Assembly: GCA_035473575.1 (NCBI GenBank)
Contig: DATIOA010000046.1
Coordinates: 1-59,468 of the forward strand
Length of the DNA: 59,468 bases
From: Rudaea sp.
GTDB taxonomy: Bacteria > Pseudomonadota > Gammaproteobacteria > Xanthomonadales > Rhodanobacteraceae
Direction: 5' to 3'
Shown: one piece after another, positions 45,333-54,872 of the stretch
Layout of the letters: each line of letters begins with the position of its first letter
How positions within the stretch are numbered: the stretch's first letter is position 1
Program-made: the position numbers and the translations under genes
Notes under the pieces: model-generated
Seen by the model: only the letters and a program-made list of their open reading frames with translations
The model's database searches: none
What the model was told of the DNA's origin: nothing

Positions 45333-45410
45333 CTGATCCTAGTTGATTCGATCTGATTGATTCTGTCTGATTGGTTCGATCGGGTTTATGCGATCGGGCT
45401 GATTCGATTG
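45333..45410. repeat. Low-complexity TGATT/CGATC pentamer-like tract
   Basis: Repeated (C/T)GAT(T/C) units in the dapA-lipoprotein spacer. Confidence 0.55.
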
Positions 45411-45422
45411 GACAGCGGGAGC

Positions 45423-46331
45423 TTACGCGACGCCGCTGTGCCGCGGCTGAACCGTGGTCAGGTGCATGGCGCCGAGCACCTGCCGCGCACCCCGATGATG
45501 CGCGGAACTGTACGGCGTCAACGGCAGGCGGGGGTCAGGCAGGCAAATCCCGAGTTCGTGCAAACACCATTTTACCGGAATCGGGTTCGGTTCGGTGCCG
45601 AGCAGGGCGTAAAGTTCGGTGAGTTTCGCGTCCAGTTCCCGCGTGCGCCCGGTGTTGTTGGCCAGGGCGGCATCGCACAAAGAGCGCATGGCAGCCGGCG
45701 CGACATTGGCCGCGACCGAGATCACGCCATCCGCGCCGCCCAGCATGGCCTGCGCGCAGGTGTTGTCGTCGCCGCTCAACACGGCGAAATCCGGGCGCTT
45801 GAGCGCGATGACGGCGGCGATGCGTGCGGCGTCGTTGCGCGCTTCCTTGATGCCCGCGATGTGCGCGTGCGCGGCCAGGCGCGCGGCGGTTTCCGGCAGC
45901 ATGTCGCAGCCAGTGCGCGAAGGCACGTTGTACAGCACGATCGGCAGGCCAGCCTCGTCGGCGATGGCGGAAAAATGCCGATACAAGCCTTCCTGCGTCG
46001 GCCGCACATAGTATGGAGTCACGACCAGCGCAGCGTCCGCGCCGATCGCTTGCGCGCGACGCGTCGCGGTTATGGTCTTGCGCGTGTTTGCGGTACCGGT
46101 TCCGGCCAGCACCGGCACGCGCCCGCCCACGCGTTCGAGCGCGAACGCGAGCGCGCGCTCGAATTCGGCTTCGCTCAGCGCATGCGCTTCGCCGGTGGAG
46201 CCGGCCACTACCAACCCCTGCGTTCCACCCGCGAGCTGGTAGTCGATCAGCGCGCCGAACGCGGCCAGATCGAGCCCATCGCCGCGGAACGGCGTGGCCA
46301 GCGCACAGATGCTGCCGGTGAGTTTTTTCAA
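45423..46331 (-). CDS. dapA: 4-hydroxy-tetrahydrodipicolinate synthase
   Basis: GSTGE, TPYY, LYNVPSRT, GIKEA, NPIPVK; TTG start assumed. Confidence 0.96.
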   Translation of the reverse strand: MKKLTGSICALATPFRGDGLDLAAFGALIDYQLAGGTQGLVVAGSTGEAHALSEAEFERALAFALERVGGRVPVLAGTGTANTRKTITATRRAQAIGADAALVVTPYYVRPTQEGLYRHFSAIADEAGLPIVLYNVPSRTGCDMLPETAARLAAHAHIAGIKEARNDAARIAAVIALKRPDFAVLSGDDNTCAQAMLGGADGVISVAANVAPAAMRSLCDAALANNTGRTRELDAKLTELYALLGTEPNPIPVKWCLHELGICLPDPRLPLTPYSSAHHRGARQVLGAMHLTTVQPRHSGVA

Positions 46332-46424
46332 AGCACGCCTCGAAAACGCATGAGCGAAGAATGTTACTTGCCACTTGATGGGGCGACAAGTATTCTCGCC
46401 CTCGACGCCGGCTTTCACCACCAC

Positions 46425-47012
46425 ATGCGCAAGATTCCGGAAGTAGCTGCACCCATCGATTCCGCCCCGCGTCCGGCCGCGAACGAAAACTATCTGCTGA
46501 TCAACGCGTTCGCACCCGCCGCGCGGCCGCCGCTGGTCGCCATCGCCAAGCGCGTCGCCGATGCCGGCTGCAACATCGCCGAGACGCGCGTCGCCGCGAT
46601 CGGCAACGAAGTCGGCGTGCTCGCGCTCGCGCAAGGATCGTGGGATGCCATCGCCAAGCTCGAAACCGCCTTGGCGCGGCTGGAGCGCGACGAAGGCCTG
46701 CGCCTGACCCATTTCCGCACCGGGCCGAAGCCGGCGCAGACCAATCTGTTGCCGTATGTGATCGAAGTGGTTGCCGCGGACAAGCCGGGCATCCTTTTCC
46801 AGCTTGCCGAGTTCTTCCAGGAACACGGCATCAGCGTGGAACAGTTGCAGTCGATGCGCTACCGCGCGATGCAGACCGGTGCCGACATGTTCTCCGCGCA
46901 AATCACGATCGGCATCCCGACGAACACGCACATCGCCGCGTTGCGCGACGATTTTCTCGAATTCTGCGACGGCCAGAACCTCGATGCGATCATGGATCCG
47001 GTGAAATTCTGA
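46425..47012 (+). CDS. gcvR: Glycine cleavage repressor GcvR (tandem ACT)
   Basis: GCNI, ADKPGI, LRDDFLEFCD; divergent from dapA, upstream of bcp; start uncertain. Confidence 0.85.
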   Translation: MRKIPEVAAPIDSAPRPAANENYLLINAFAPAARPPLVAIAKRVADAGCNIAETRVAAIGNEVGVLALAQGSWDAIAKLETALARLERDEGLRLTHFRTGPKPAQTNLLPYVIEVVAADKPGILFQLAEFFQEHGISVEQLQSMRYRAMQTGADMFSAQITIGIPTNTHIAALRDDFLEFCDGQNLDAIMDPVKF

Positions 47013-47476
47013 TGGTTGCGATCGGCAAGACGGTTTCCGATTTGCGCGGCGCGAGCACCGCCGGCGAAATTCGCCTGCGCGATCTGCGCGGCCGCCCCGT
47101 CGTCGTGTATTTCTACCCAAAGGACAACACCACGGGCTGCACGCGCGAGGCGCAGGATTTTCGCGATCTCACCAAGGCCTTTGCCAAGCACAAGGCGGTC
47201 GTCCTTGGCGTATCGCGCGATTCGCTGGCTTCGCACGAGAAATTCCGCGACAAGCAGAAACTGGGCTTCGCCCTGGTTTCCGATCCCGACGAGAAATGGT
47301 GCAAGGCGTTCGACGTGATCCACGAAAAAACCTTGTACGGGCGTAAATTCCTCGGCGTGGTGCGCAGCACGTTCCTGATCGGCGCGGACGGGAAATTGCT
47401 GCGTGAATGGCGCGGCGTTAAAGTCCCCGGCCACGCCGCCACCGTCCTCGAAGCGATCGCCACCGAATGCGCTTGA
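47012..47476 (+). CDS. bcp: BCP peroxiredoxin
   Basis: YFYPKDNTTGCTREA, RSTFLI. Confidence 0.93.
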   Translation: MVAIGKTVSDLRGASTAGEIRLRDLRGRPVVVYFYPKDNTTGCTREAQDFRDLTKAFAKHKAVVLGVSRDSLASHEKFRDKQKLGFALVSDPDEKWCKAFDVIHEKTLYGRKFLGVVRSTFLIGADGKLLREWRGVKVPGHAATVLEAIATECA

Positions 47477-47551
47477 GCAACGGTCGCTTCCGCCGATTCC
47501 ACGCACCGCGCGTGCCGCTTCCCATCGCACAATCCGCAGGATGATCGCCGC

Positions 47552-48952
47552 ATGACCAAAGGCAAGCGTATCTACGTCCTCGACACCAACGTGCTGATGC
47601 ACGATCCGACCGCCCTGTTCCGCTTCGAGGAACACGACGTGTTCCTGCCGATGACAGTGCTCGAGGAACTCGATGCGGCAAAGAAAGGCACATCCGAAGT
47701 CTCGCGCAACGCGCGCCAGGTCAGCCGTTTCATCAACGAGCTGATCGAACGCAACCGCAAGCAGCCGATCGACCAGGGCCTGGAACTGAAGCTGCCGCAG
47801 GGCCTGCAACTCGACCGCAAGGCGCAAGTCGGGCGCCTGTATTTCCAGACCCGCGACTTCGAATCGAAGGACGCGAACGGCAAGCGCAAGAACTTGCCGG
47901 ACAACCTGATCCTGGCTTCGATCGTCGCGCTGCGCGAGCACAAGCCGGACACGCCGGTGGTGCTGGTGTCCAAGGACATCAACCTGCGCATCAAGGCGTC
48001 GATCTTCGGCGTGCCCGCCGAAGATTACGAAAACGACCGCGCGCTGGACGATTTCAGCCTGCTCTTCGCCGGCCATGCCGAACTGCCGAAGGATTTCTGG
48101 GACCGCCATCCGGAGTTGCGCTCCTGGTCCGAGCGCGGGCACACGCTCTACGAGGTCAAGCGGCGCAAGGACGAGGATTGGCATCCGCACCAGTTCCTTT
48201 ACCTGCCCGGCGAGAACGAAGTCGAACTGCGCGTGCTCAACGTCGATGCCGGCAAGGCGCGCCTGCAAATCGTCGACGATTACCGCAACGGCACGCACAC
48301 CGTCTGGGGTGTCGCCGCACGCAACCGCGAACAGAACTTCGCGCTCAACGCGCTGATGGATCCGGAAATCGACTTCGTCACCCTGCTCGGCACTGCCGGT
48401 ACCGGCAAGACCCTGCTCGCACTTGCTGCGGGCCTGGCACAGACCATGGACCAGCAACGTTATCGCGAGATCATCATGACCCGTGCGACGGTTTCCGTCG
48501 GCGAAGACATCGGCTTCCTGCCCGGCACCGAGGAAGAAAAAATGACGCCCTGGATGGGCGCCCTTACCGACAACCTCGAAGTGCTGGCCACGCCGCAGGA
48601 AGGCGGCGGCTGGGGTCGCCAGGCGACGAACGACCTGCTCGCCTCGCGCATCAAGATCCGCGCGCTGAATTTCATGCGCGGTCGCACCTTCCTCAACCGC
48701 TACGTGATCATCGACGAGGCGCAGAACCTCACGCCCAAGCAGATGAAGACCCTGCTTACGCGCGCCGGACCCGGCAGCAAGATGGTGTGCCTGGGCAACG
48801 TCGAGCAGATCGACACGCCCTACCTGACCGAAACGACGTCGGGCCTGACCTACGCCGTCGACCGCTTCAAGGACTGGCCGCATTCGGCGCACGTGACGCT
48901 GCGCCGGGGCGAGCGCTCGCGCCTGGCCGATTACGCTTCGGAAATGCTATAG
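47552..48952 (+). CDS. PIN-PhoH ATPase (PhoH2/YlaK-like)
   Basis: VLDTNVL PIN domain, GTAGTGKT, RGRT, IIDEAQN. Confidence 0.92.
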   Translation: MTKGKRIYVLDTNVLMHDPTALFRFEEHDVFLPMTVLEELDAAKKGTSEVSRNARQVSRFINELIERNRKQPIDQGLELKLPQGLQLDRKAQVGRLYFQTRDFESKDANGKRKNLPDNLILASIVALREHKPDTPVVLVSKDINLRIKASIFGVPAEDYENDRALDDFSLLFAGHAELPKDFWDRHPELRSWSERGHTLYEVKRRKDEDWHPHQFLYLPGENEVELRVLNVDAGKARLQIVDDYRNGTHTVWGVAARNREQNFALNALMDPEIDFVTLLGTAGTGKTLLALAAGLAQTMDQQRYREIIMTRATVSVGEDIGFLPGTEEEKMTPWMGALTDNLEVLATPQEGGGWGRQATNDLLASRIKIRALNFMRGRTFLNRYVIIDEAQNLTPKQMKTLLTRAGPGSKMVCLGNVEQIDTPYLTETTSGLTYAVDRFKDWPHSAHVTLRRGERSRLADYASEML

Positions 48953-48958
48953 CTCTTA

Positions 48959-49020
48959 ATGAAAAGTGCAGTCATGGATGGCTGCTTCGTGATCTTCGCG
49001 ATCAGGGATGATCGCAAAAA
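48959..49020 (+). ncRNA. Twin GGA-loop hairpin element, copy 2
   Basis: GCAGTC-ATGGAT-GGCTGC (48968-48985) and GCGATC-AGGGAT-GATCGC (48998-49015). Confidence 0.65.
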
Positions 49021-49032
49021 TACGTCCAAACG

Positions 49033-49065
49033 AAAACGGGAGCCGCATGGCTCCCGTCGTGTTTT
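49033..49065. terminator. Terminator between convergent genes
   Basis: AAAACGGGAGCC-GCAT-GGCTCCCGT. Confidence 0.75.
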
Positions 49066-49080
49066 ACGCGCAGCGCAAGC

Positions 49081-50289
49081 TCAGAACAGCGTGGTCCAGA
49101 GCAACTGATACTCGATCTGCCCGCCGCTGTTCGGCGTGCGCAGGCTGTTGCTGGTCGGCAGGCCGAGCACGAATTCCGACGGCGCATACGAAGCCGCGAC
49201 GCGCAGGCCGGAAGCAGCGCCGAATGCGCGGGCAAAGCCGAATTCGACGTTGTGCGATGCCAGATACGGGTCCAGCGCCGTCTGCAGCAACGGCGAGGTC
49301 GGCAGCGGCTGCTGGCGGGTCGTGTAATGCAGCGACCACACGCCATTGCCCGGATCGCGCCAGCTGAAGCCTGCCGAATACACGTCCAGGTTCTGCCAGG
49401 CGAACGCCGGCGATATCGAACTGCCGAGCAACACCAGGAAACGGTTCGGCAGCGCGGCGCTGGTGAACGGCGCAATGTTGCTGTACATCACGCGCTCGGC
49501 GCCAATGTCGGCCTTCAGATCCGAGGTGAGTTCGAATCCCAGACCCGCGTTCGCGTTTGCCGGGATATCGAAACTCCCGGGCTCCGAGTACACGCCGTGG
49601 TAGTTGTTGAACGCATCCATGTTCACGCGCGACTGCACGCCGACCTGCCAAGTCACGCGCTCGCTCAGGCGGCTCTCGAAATCCAGGCGCAGGCCAGTGC
49701 CGTAGGAGCCCGCGTACTTGTCCACCATCGCCGGCGCCAAGGCCGGGTCGGCACCCGACTGCAGAGGCACGTTGTCGACGCCGAGGCCAAGGCCGGCAAA
49801 TCGCTGATAGGCGAAAATCGCCGACACGCTCACCGACGAAACATCGCCCCAGCGCTGCGCGTAGGAAGGTGCCAGCAGATAGCGCTGCAGACCCGGCGTG
49901 TAATCGCGCAGCAGGCTCGGCTGCTCGGCCGACATGAATGGCGTTTCAGCCGCCTTGGTCTTGAGGAAGATGACCGACAGCGGCGAGGCATTCACGCCGT
50001 TGTCGAACAAATGCGGTGCGGATGGCGCGAGGCGGCCGATGCCGCGATCGAACAGGCTCGGCGCCTGCGGTACCGCACCGGCGTTGTCGGCCCAGTCGAA
50101 GCCGCGAGTCAGATCCGCGAGCGCATAGTCGCGCCACGCATCAAGTACACTTGCGGACTGCGCATAGGCAGCCAGCGCGGAGACATTCGCACGCGGGTGT
50201 TCGGCCGCTGCGGCAAAAGAAAGCGGGAGCGTCAGGACAAGCCCGAGCGCTCCCGCAAGATTTTTTGCCTTCGCTGTTGACCGACGCAT
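49081..50289 (-). CDS. Outer-membrane beta-barrel protein (FadL/OmpP1-like, tentative)
   Basis: Signal peptide, alternating beta strands, FDIPANANAG, C-terminal Phe. Confidence 0.65.
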   Translation of the reverse strand: MRRSTAKAKNLAGALGLVLTLPLSFAAAAEHPRANVSALAAYAQSASVLDAWRDYALADLTRGFDWADNAGAVPQAPSLFDRGIGRLAPSAPHLFDNGVNASPLSVIFLKTKAAETPFMSAEQPSLLRDYTPGLQRYLLAPSYAQRWGDVSSVSVSAIFAYQRFAGLGLGVDNVPLQSGADPALAPAMVDKYAGSYGTGLRLDFESRLSERVTWQVGVQSRVNMDAFNNYHGVYSEPGSFDIPANANAGLGFELTSDLKADIGAERVMYSNIAPFTSAALPNRFLVLLGSSISPAFAWQNLDVYSAGFSWRDPGNGVWSLHYTTRQQPLPTSPLLQTALDPYLASHNVEFGFARAFGAASGLRVAASYAPSEFVLGLPTSNSLRTPNSGGQIEYQLLWTTLF

Positions 50290-50327
50290 AGCCCTGGATG
50301 CGTTAGGAGGTGGTTGTCTCCAAGGCC

Positions 50328-50356
50328 AGTTTGGCAAAAATGCAACAGCCCGTCAA
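50328..50356 (-). promoter_or_regulatory. Sigma70-type promoter for the OM protein
   Basis: TTGACG-N17-CAAACT. Confidence 0.5.
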
Positions 50357-50438
50357 GCCTTTTGCAACCAGTTGAATCCCTGTTTTTCGGACTTTTTTCG
50401 CTGTTTCACATCTTTTTGTTGCGAAAATAATACGCCTG

Positions 50439-51233
50439 ATGCCGAAATCCGCCAAAACGCCGAGTGCACTGACCATCGCGGGGTCGGATTCCAGCGGCGG
50501 CGCCGGTATCGCTGTCGACCTGAAAGCCTTTGCCGCCTTCGACGTGCACGGCCTTGCCGCGATCACCGCCGTCACCACGCAAACCGCGCAACGGGTGCAG
50601 GCGATTCATCGCGTTCCGGCCGCGCACGTCGAGGCACAAATCCACGCCGCGTTCGCGGATTTCCGCGTCGGCGCGGTCAAGATCGGCATGCTTGCTTCCG
50701 CGCCGATCGTGAGCGTGATCGCACGCGCGCTGCGCGACGAGGCGCCACGCCACATCGTTCTCGATCCCGTGCTGGCATCGAGCAGCGGCATGGCACTGCT
50801 GTCTGCTGCCGGATTGCGTGTGCTACGCAAAGACCTGTTGCCGATGGCGGCGTTGCTGACACCGAACCTGCCCGAAGCGGAAATTCTGCTCGGCCGGCGC
50901 ATCGTCGATGCGGTGCAAGCCGCGTGCGATTTGCGCGCTCTCGGGGCGCGCGCGGTGCTGCTCAAGGGCGGACACGGGCGCGGACGCGAAGTGTGCGATG
51001 TGCTCGCCGATGCGCGCGGGGTCGTGCAGTTGCGCCATCCGCGTCTGCCCATTCGTGCGCGCGGCACCGGCTGCGCGCTGGCATCGGCGGTCGCCGCCGG
51101 ACTCGCGCGCGGGCTCACGCTGCGTGAAGCGGTCGCCGACGCCGAAGCCTTCGTGCAACGCGCGCTGGCGCACAGCTACCGCGTCGGAAACGGATCGATC
51201 CGGCAACTCGGGTTGTCGCGTTCACACGTTTAA
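50439..51233 (+). CDS. thiD: HMP/HMP-P kinase
   Basis: LTIAGSDSSGGAGI, VKIGML, DPV, TPNLPEA, LKGGH, GTGC. Confidence 0.95.
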   Translation: MPKSAKTPSALTIAGSDSSGGAGIAVDLKAFAAFDVHGLAAITAVTTQTAQRVQAIHRVPAAHVEAQIHAAFADFRVGAVKIGMLASAPIVSVIARALRDEAPRHIVLDPVLASSSGMALLSAAGLRVLRKDLLPMAALLTPNLPEAEILLGRRIVDAVQAACDLRALGARAVLLKGGHGRGREVCDVLADARGVVQLRHPRLPIRARGTGCALASAVAAGLARGLTLREAVADAEAFVQRALAHSYRVGNGSIRQLGLSRSHV

Positions 51234-51283
51234 CTCACTGGCCCGGGTTATCATTGACGACCCGTAATTTGCTGGACCTTCGC

Positions 51284-51583
51284 ATGCTCCGTCAATCGCC
51301 GTTTCTCATTCTCGGCCTGCTTGTCGCAACCGTCGCCTTGGCGGACAGCCCCATGGTCGCGCAGCCGCTCGCGCCGTCGGCGCAGGCCAAGACCGGCGTC
51401 GCCGCGCAATTCAAACCCGCCGACAAGATGCGCCTGCCGCCACCGACGGTCACCGTGACCCGGCTGGTGCGCCAGCCCGACGGCAGCTTGGCGATGCAGT
51501 GCGACCAGGAACCGAATCCGCGCGCAAAGATCGCGCTGCCGCCGAACCGGGCGGTGACGCCGAACGCGCAGGTGCAGCAATGA
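51284..51583 (+). CDS. Small exported protein
   Basis: Signal peptide (ALA-D), RQPDGSLAMQC motif, ATGA overlap with next gene. Confidence 0.65.
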   Translation: MLRQSPFLILGLLVATVALADSPMVAQPLAPSAQAKTGVAAQFKPADKMRLPPPTVTVTRLVRQPDGSLAMQCDQEPNPRAKIALPPNRAVTPNAQVQQ

Positions 51584-54078
51584 TGCGGCGTCTCGCGATT
51601 CTCGCCGCCGCGCTGTGCGTCAGTTCCGTGGCATGGGCCGATACGGGCTTGCAGACAGGCGCCGCGACCACGCTGCCGCAACTGCCGAAGGGCAATTATC
51701 TTTCCAACTACTACATCGACGTTCCGGCCGGAATGCAGCAGCTCAGCGTCAACCTCAATGCCACCGGCGGCGACGTCGACATGTTCGTGCGCTACGGCTC
51801 GCCGTTTCCGGTGCAAAGTTCCGGCGCGAGCTTCCCGACGGTCAGCTACGACCTGCTCAGCCGCTATGGGCAATATCACTCGATCAGTGCGACCTCGAAC
51901 GAGTCCGTGCTGATCCTGCCGTCGGACAAGGTGCCGCTGCAAACCGGGCGCTGGTATATCGCCCTGATCAACGGCGGCAGTTCCACGGCGAACGGGGCCA
52001 TGACCGCTACCTATTCCGCGACCACGCCGGTCGGCAACATCGTGCTGGATTTCAACAGTCCCTACACCGATCCGAAAGACGCTACCAACAACTGCGACAT
52101 CAGCTACTGGACAGACACTACCGCTGCGACGCCGATCGGCGGCAACAATGGCCAGACCCTGGGCCAGCAGCGCAAGAACGCGCTCGCCCAAGCCGCCAAC
52201 GAGCTGGTCGCCCAGCTCGGCATCCGGACCACGGTGACGGTGCAGGCCTGTGGCGCGAAATTGGGCGGCACGGACAAATCGGCCACGCTCGCGCACGCGG
52301 GCGCGACCTCGTTCTTCTACGACGAACCGCAATTTCCATCGCCATCGCTGCCGCAAAAGTACACCTGGTATCCGTCCACGGCGGCGGCGCGCCTGAACGG
52401 CTCGAGCCTGTGCGGATTCGCCGGCGGCCCCTGCGACACGAAGAGCAATGACGAAATCGCCGCGACGTTCAACATGGATATCGGTTCGTCCACGGTGCTC
52501 GGCGGCGAGAACTTCTACCTTGGTTTCGATCCGAACCAGAAACCGGCGCGCGACGTGGATTTCATCAGCATCGCCATGCACGAGATGACACACGGGCTGG
52601 GCTTCCTCGGACTGGTCAACACCGATTCGACCCAGGGCCCGCTCGGCGCCAAGGCCGGCATCATCGTCGACACGGCAAGCAACAGCGCTTCGATCGGTTA
52701 CGGCAACGCCGTGACCGATGGCCCGTTCGACGACATCTTCGACAACCAGGTCGCGATCGTGAGCGGCAGTACCTACACGCCGTTCACCGGCTACGAAGTG
52801 AACGGCGCCAACGATGCGGCGCGCGCTGCGGCGATGGTATCTGGCGGGGTCACGACGTCAGGAGGCTACGCGCCCGGTCCGTCCGGCGCGGCGAGTTGCG
52901 GCGCCGTCTACAACGGCTCGTGCACCGGCCTGCGCTGGTCCGACGCGACCGCCGCCGACGCGATCGGCATCAACATCAATGCCGCCAACAGCGCACCGAA
53001 CAACTTCCCCAGCCTTTACGCGCCCTGCGATCAATCCAAGGGCACCACCTGCGCGATGCAGAACGGCTCTACGCTGTCGCATACGGTGCAGGCCGGCGAC
53101 ATGATGAACGCGTACTACTCAAACCAGAACCTGCGTACCATGGGCCTGGCCGTGCCCATGCTGGGCCCGATCGGCTGGTCGAATGCCACCGCGACGATGC
53201 CAACCTGGGGTCAGCCGATTCCGAGCAACTGGTACGACGTCTCGCATTCCGGCCACGGCTTCGATTTCCAGCTTGCGGCCCGCGATTCGGTCAATGGCGA
53301 TGTATACTTCCTTACTTTTTATACATACGACGCAAACGGTGTGCCGGAGTGGTATCAGGCGGTGGGACGCCTGATCGACGGCATGTTCCTGCCATTCATC
53401 CAGAGCGCGAACGGCAGCACGCTGCCGCGCGTGAAGTACGCCTCGAACGCGCCGGGGCAGCTGGGCGTGACAGCCGATGCCACTTACTACGGCAGCGTGG
53501 TCGTCGATTTCAACCAGGCGGCGAATTCGGCGGCCTGCCGCAACGTCGATCGCAGCCAGGCATCGCAACTCGCGGTGATGTACTGGGTGCTCGGCACGAA
53601 TACGACGAACCCGGCCAACGACCAAAGCGCATCCTGGTGCATGCAGCCCATCGTCTCGCTTGCCGCGCATGCCACACCGGATTACAACGGCCACTGGTAT
53701 GCCGGCTCGTCCGATTCCGGCTGGGGTTTCGAATTGCTCGACGTGAGCACGGGCAGCGCCTCGCCGGCCGTCATCGTCTATCTTTACTATCCGGGACCGG
53801 GAAACCAGCCCGCTTGGGCAACCGCTTCCGGCACGCTGGCAGGCAATACCGTCACTATGCAGGTATACAAAGTCACCAGCGGCTACTGCCGAACCTGCAC
53901 ACCGTCAGGCAACGTGCAGGGCACGCAAATCGGCAACATGACGCTGAGCCTTAATCCGATCTCCGGCACGGAGCGGCCGACGGGCACGGTGACGTTCAAT
54001 CTTTCCAACGGGGACGGAACTTCGTTTGCTCGCACCAACGAAGCTATCGTGATGCTCTCGCTGCCCACCGGCCAATGA
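51580..54078 (+). CDS. Secreted zinc metallopeptidase-like protein (PPC domain + HExxH + two C-terminal repeats)
   Basis: Signal peptide; GDVDMFVRYG..GRWYI PPC-like domain; HEMTHGLGF; WYD..SGHGF / WY..SGWGF repeats. Confidence 0.75.
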   Translation: MMRRLAILAAALCVSSVAWADTGLQTGAATTLPQLPKGNYLSNYYIDVPAGMQQLSVNLNATGGDVDMFVRYGSPFPVQSSGASFPTVSYDLLSRYGQYHSISATSNESVLILPSDKVPLQTGRWYIALINGGSSTANGAMTATYSATTPVGNIVLDFNSPYTDPKDATNNCDISYWTDTTAATPIGGNNGQTLGQQRKNALAQAANELVAQLGIRTTVTVQACGAKLGGTDKSATLAHAGATSFFYDEPQFPSPSLPQKYTWYPSTAAARLNGSSLCGFAGGPCDTKSNDEIAATFNMDIGSSTVLGGENFYLGFDPNQKPARDVDFISIAMHEMTHGLGFLGLVNTDSTQGPLGAKAGIIVDTASNSASIGYGNAVTDGPFDDIFDNQVAIVSGSTYTPFTGYEVNGANDAARAAAMVSGGVTTSGGYAPGPSGAASCGAVYNGSCTGLRWSDATAADAIGININAANSAPNNFPSLYAPCDQSKGTTCAMQNGSTLSHTVQAGDMMNAYYSNQNLRTMGLAVPMLGPIGWSNATATMPTWGQPIPSNWYDVSHSGHGFDFQLAARDSVNGDVYFLTFYTYDANGVPEWYQAVGRLIDGMFLPFIQSANGSTLPRVKYASNAPGQLGVTADATYYGSVVVDFNQAANSAACRNVDRSQASQLAVMYWVLGTNTTNPANDQSASWCMQPIVSLAAHATPDYNGHWYAGSSDSGWGFELLDVSTGSASPAVIVYLYYPGPGNQPAWATASGTLAGNTVTMQVYKVTSGYCRTCTPSGNVQGTQIGNMTLSLNPISGTERPTGTVTFNLSNGDGTSFARTNEAIVMLSLPTGQ

Positions 54079-54199
54079 TTGCCCCGGCGGTTTTCTGCGC
54101 CCCCAGCAACGGCCGCGCAATGCGGCCGTTGTAGTTTTTTCCCCGGCAAACGCCTATGCTGCAAAGCCGACAGCATTCCCACCCTACCCGGAGGAGCCC

Positions 54200-54796
54200 A
54201 TGCTGGCGGAAGTCAGAACCAGCAACGACATCCATAGCACCCGCGTCCTGTCGCTGGATTCCAGCGGACGCATCCTGGACTGGATGAGTTGGCAGGACGC
54301 GGTCTGCCTGTACGTGCGCGACGCCGTGGCCTGGACGCTGGGTGGCCCGTGCCTGACCATCCATGGCGGCACCAACCGCGACAGCGGATTGCAAAGCCAG
54401 ATCGACCTGCATCCCATCGTCGCCAGCCGCGGTCATGCGCGTTCCAGCCTCGTCGATCCCGCGCCGGCGCTGACCAATGCCGCGCTGTTCGCGCGCGACC
54501 GCATGTTGTGCCTGTACTGTGGCGATCATTTCTCGCGCGGGGAACTCACGCGCGATCATGTCGTTCCGCTGTCCAAGGGTGGTCTCGACGTCTGGGAAAA
54601 CGTGATCAGTGCCTGCATCTGCTGCAACGTGCGCAAGGGTTGCCACACGCCGCAGCAGGCCGGCATGCCCCTGCTCGCCGTGCCCTATCGCCCAAGTTGG
54701 GTCGAGCACCTGATCCTTTCCAACCGCAACATCCTCGCCGACCAGATGGAATTTCTCGTCCATCATCTGCCGAAGAATCGCCGTCAGGTCGCGTAG
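54200..54796 (+). CDS. HNH endonuclease (McrA/HNH_5-like)
   Basis: RD..CLYCG, TRDHVVPLSKGG..WENV..ACICCN..KG; GGAGGA RBS. Confidence 0.9.
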   Translation: MLAEVRTSNDIHSTRVLSLDSSGRILDWMSWQDAVCLYVRDAVAWTLGGPCLTIHGGTNRDSGLQSQIDLHPIVASRGHARSSLVDPAPALTNAALFARDRMLCLYCGDHFSRGELTRDHVVPLSKGGLDVWENVISACICCNVRKGCHTPQQAGMPLLAVPYRPSWVEHLILSNRNILADQMEFLVHHLPKNRRQVA

Positions 54797-54872
54797 AACG
54801 CCGAATTTTCGCATTGTCCCCATGTGCTTTCGGCGTTATGCTGCGCCGCACTAAAAGGACACCCAAACTTCG

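Noticed and set aside
47552-48952. PIN-PhoH as toxin-antitoxin module
   Set aside because: No antitoxin gene upstream; ordinary gcvR-bcp-phoH context
54200-54796. HNH nuclease as defence system or mobile element
   Set aside because: Stand-alone, with no methylase, repeats or integrase; looks like a resident chromosomal gene near dxs
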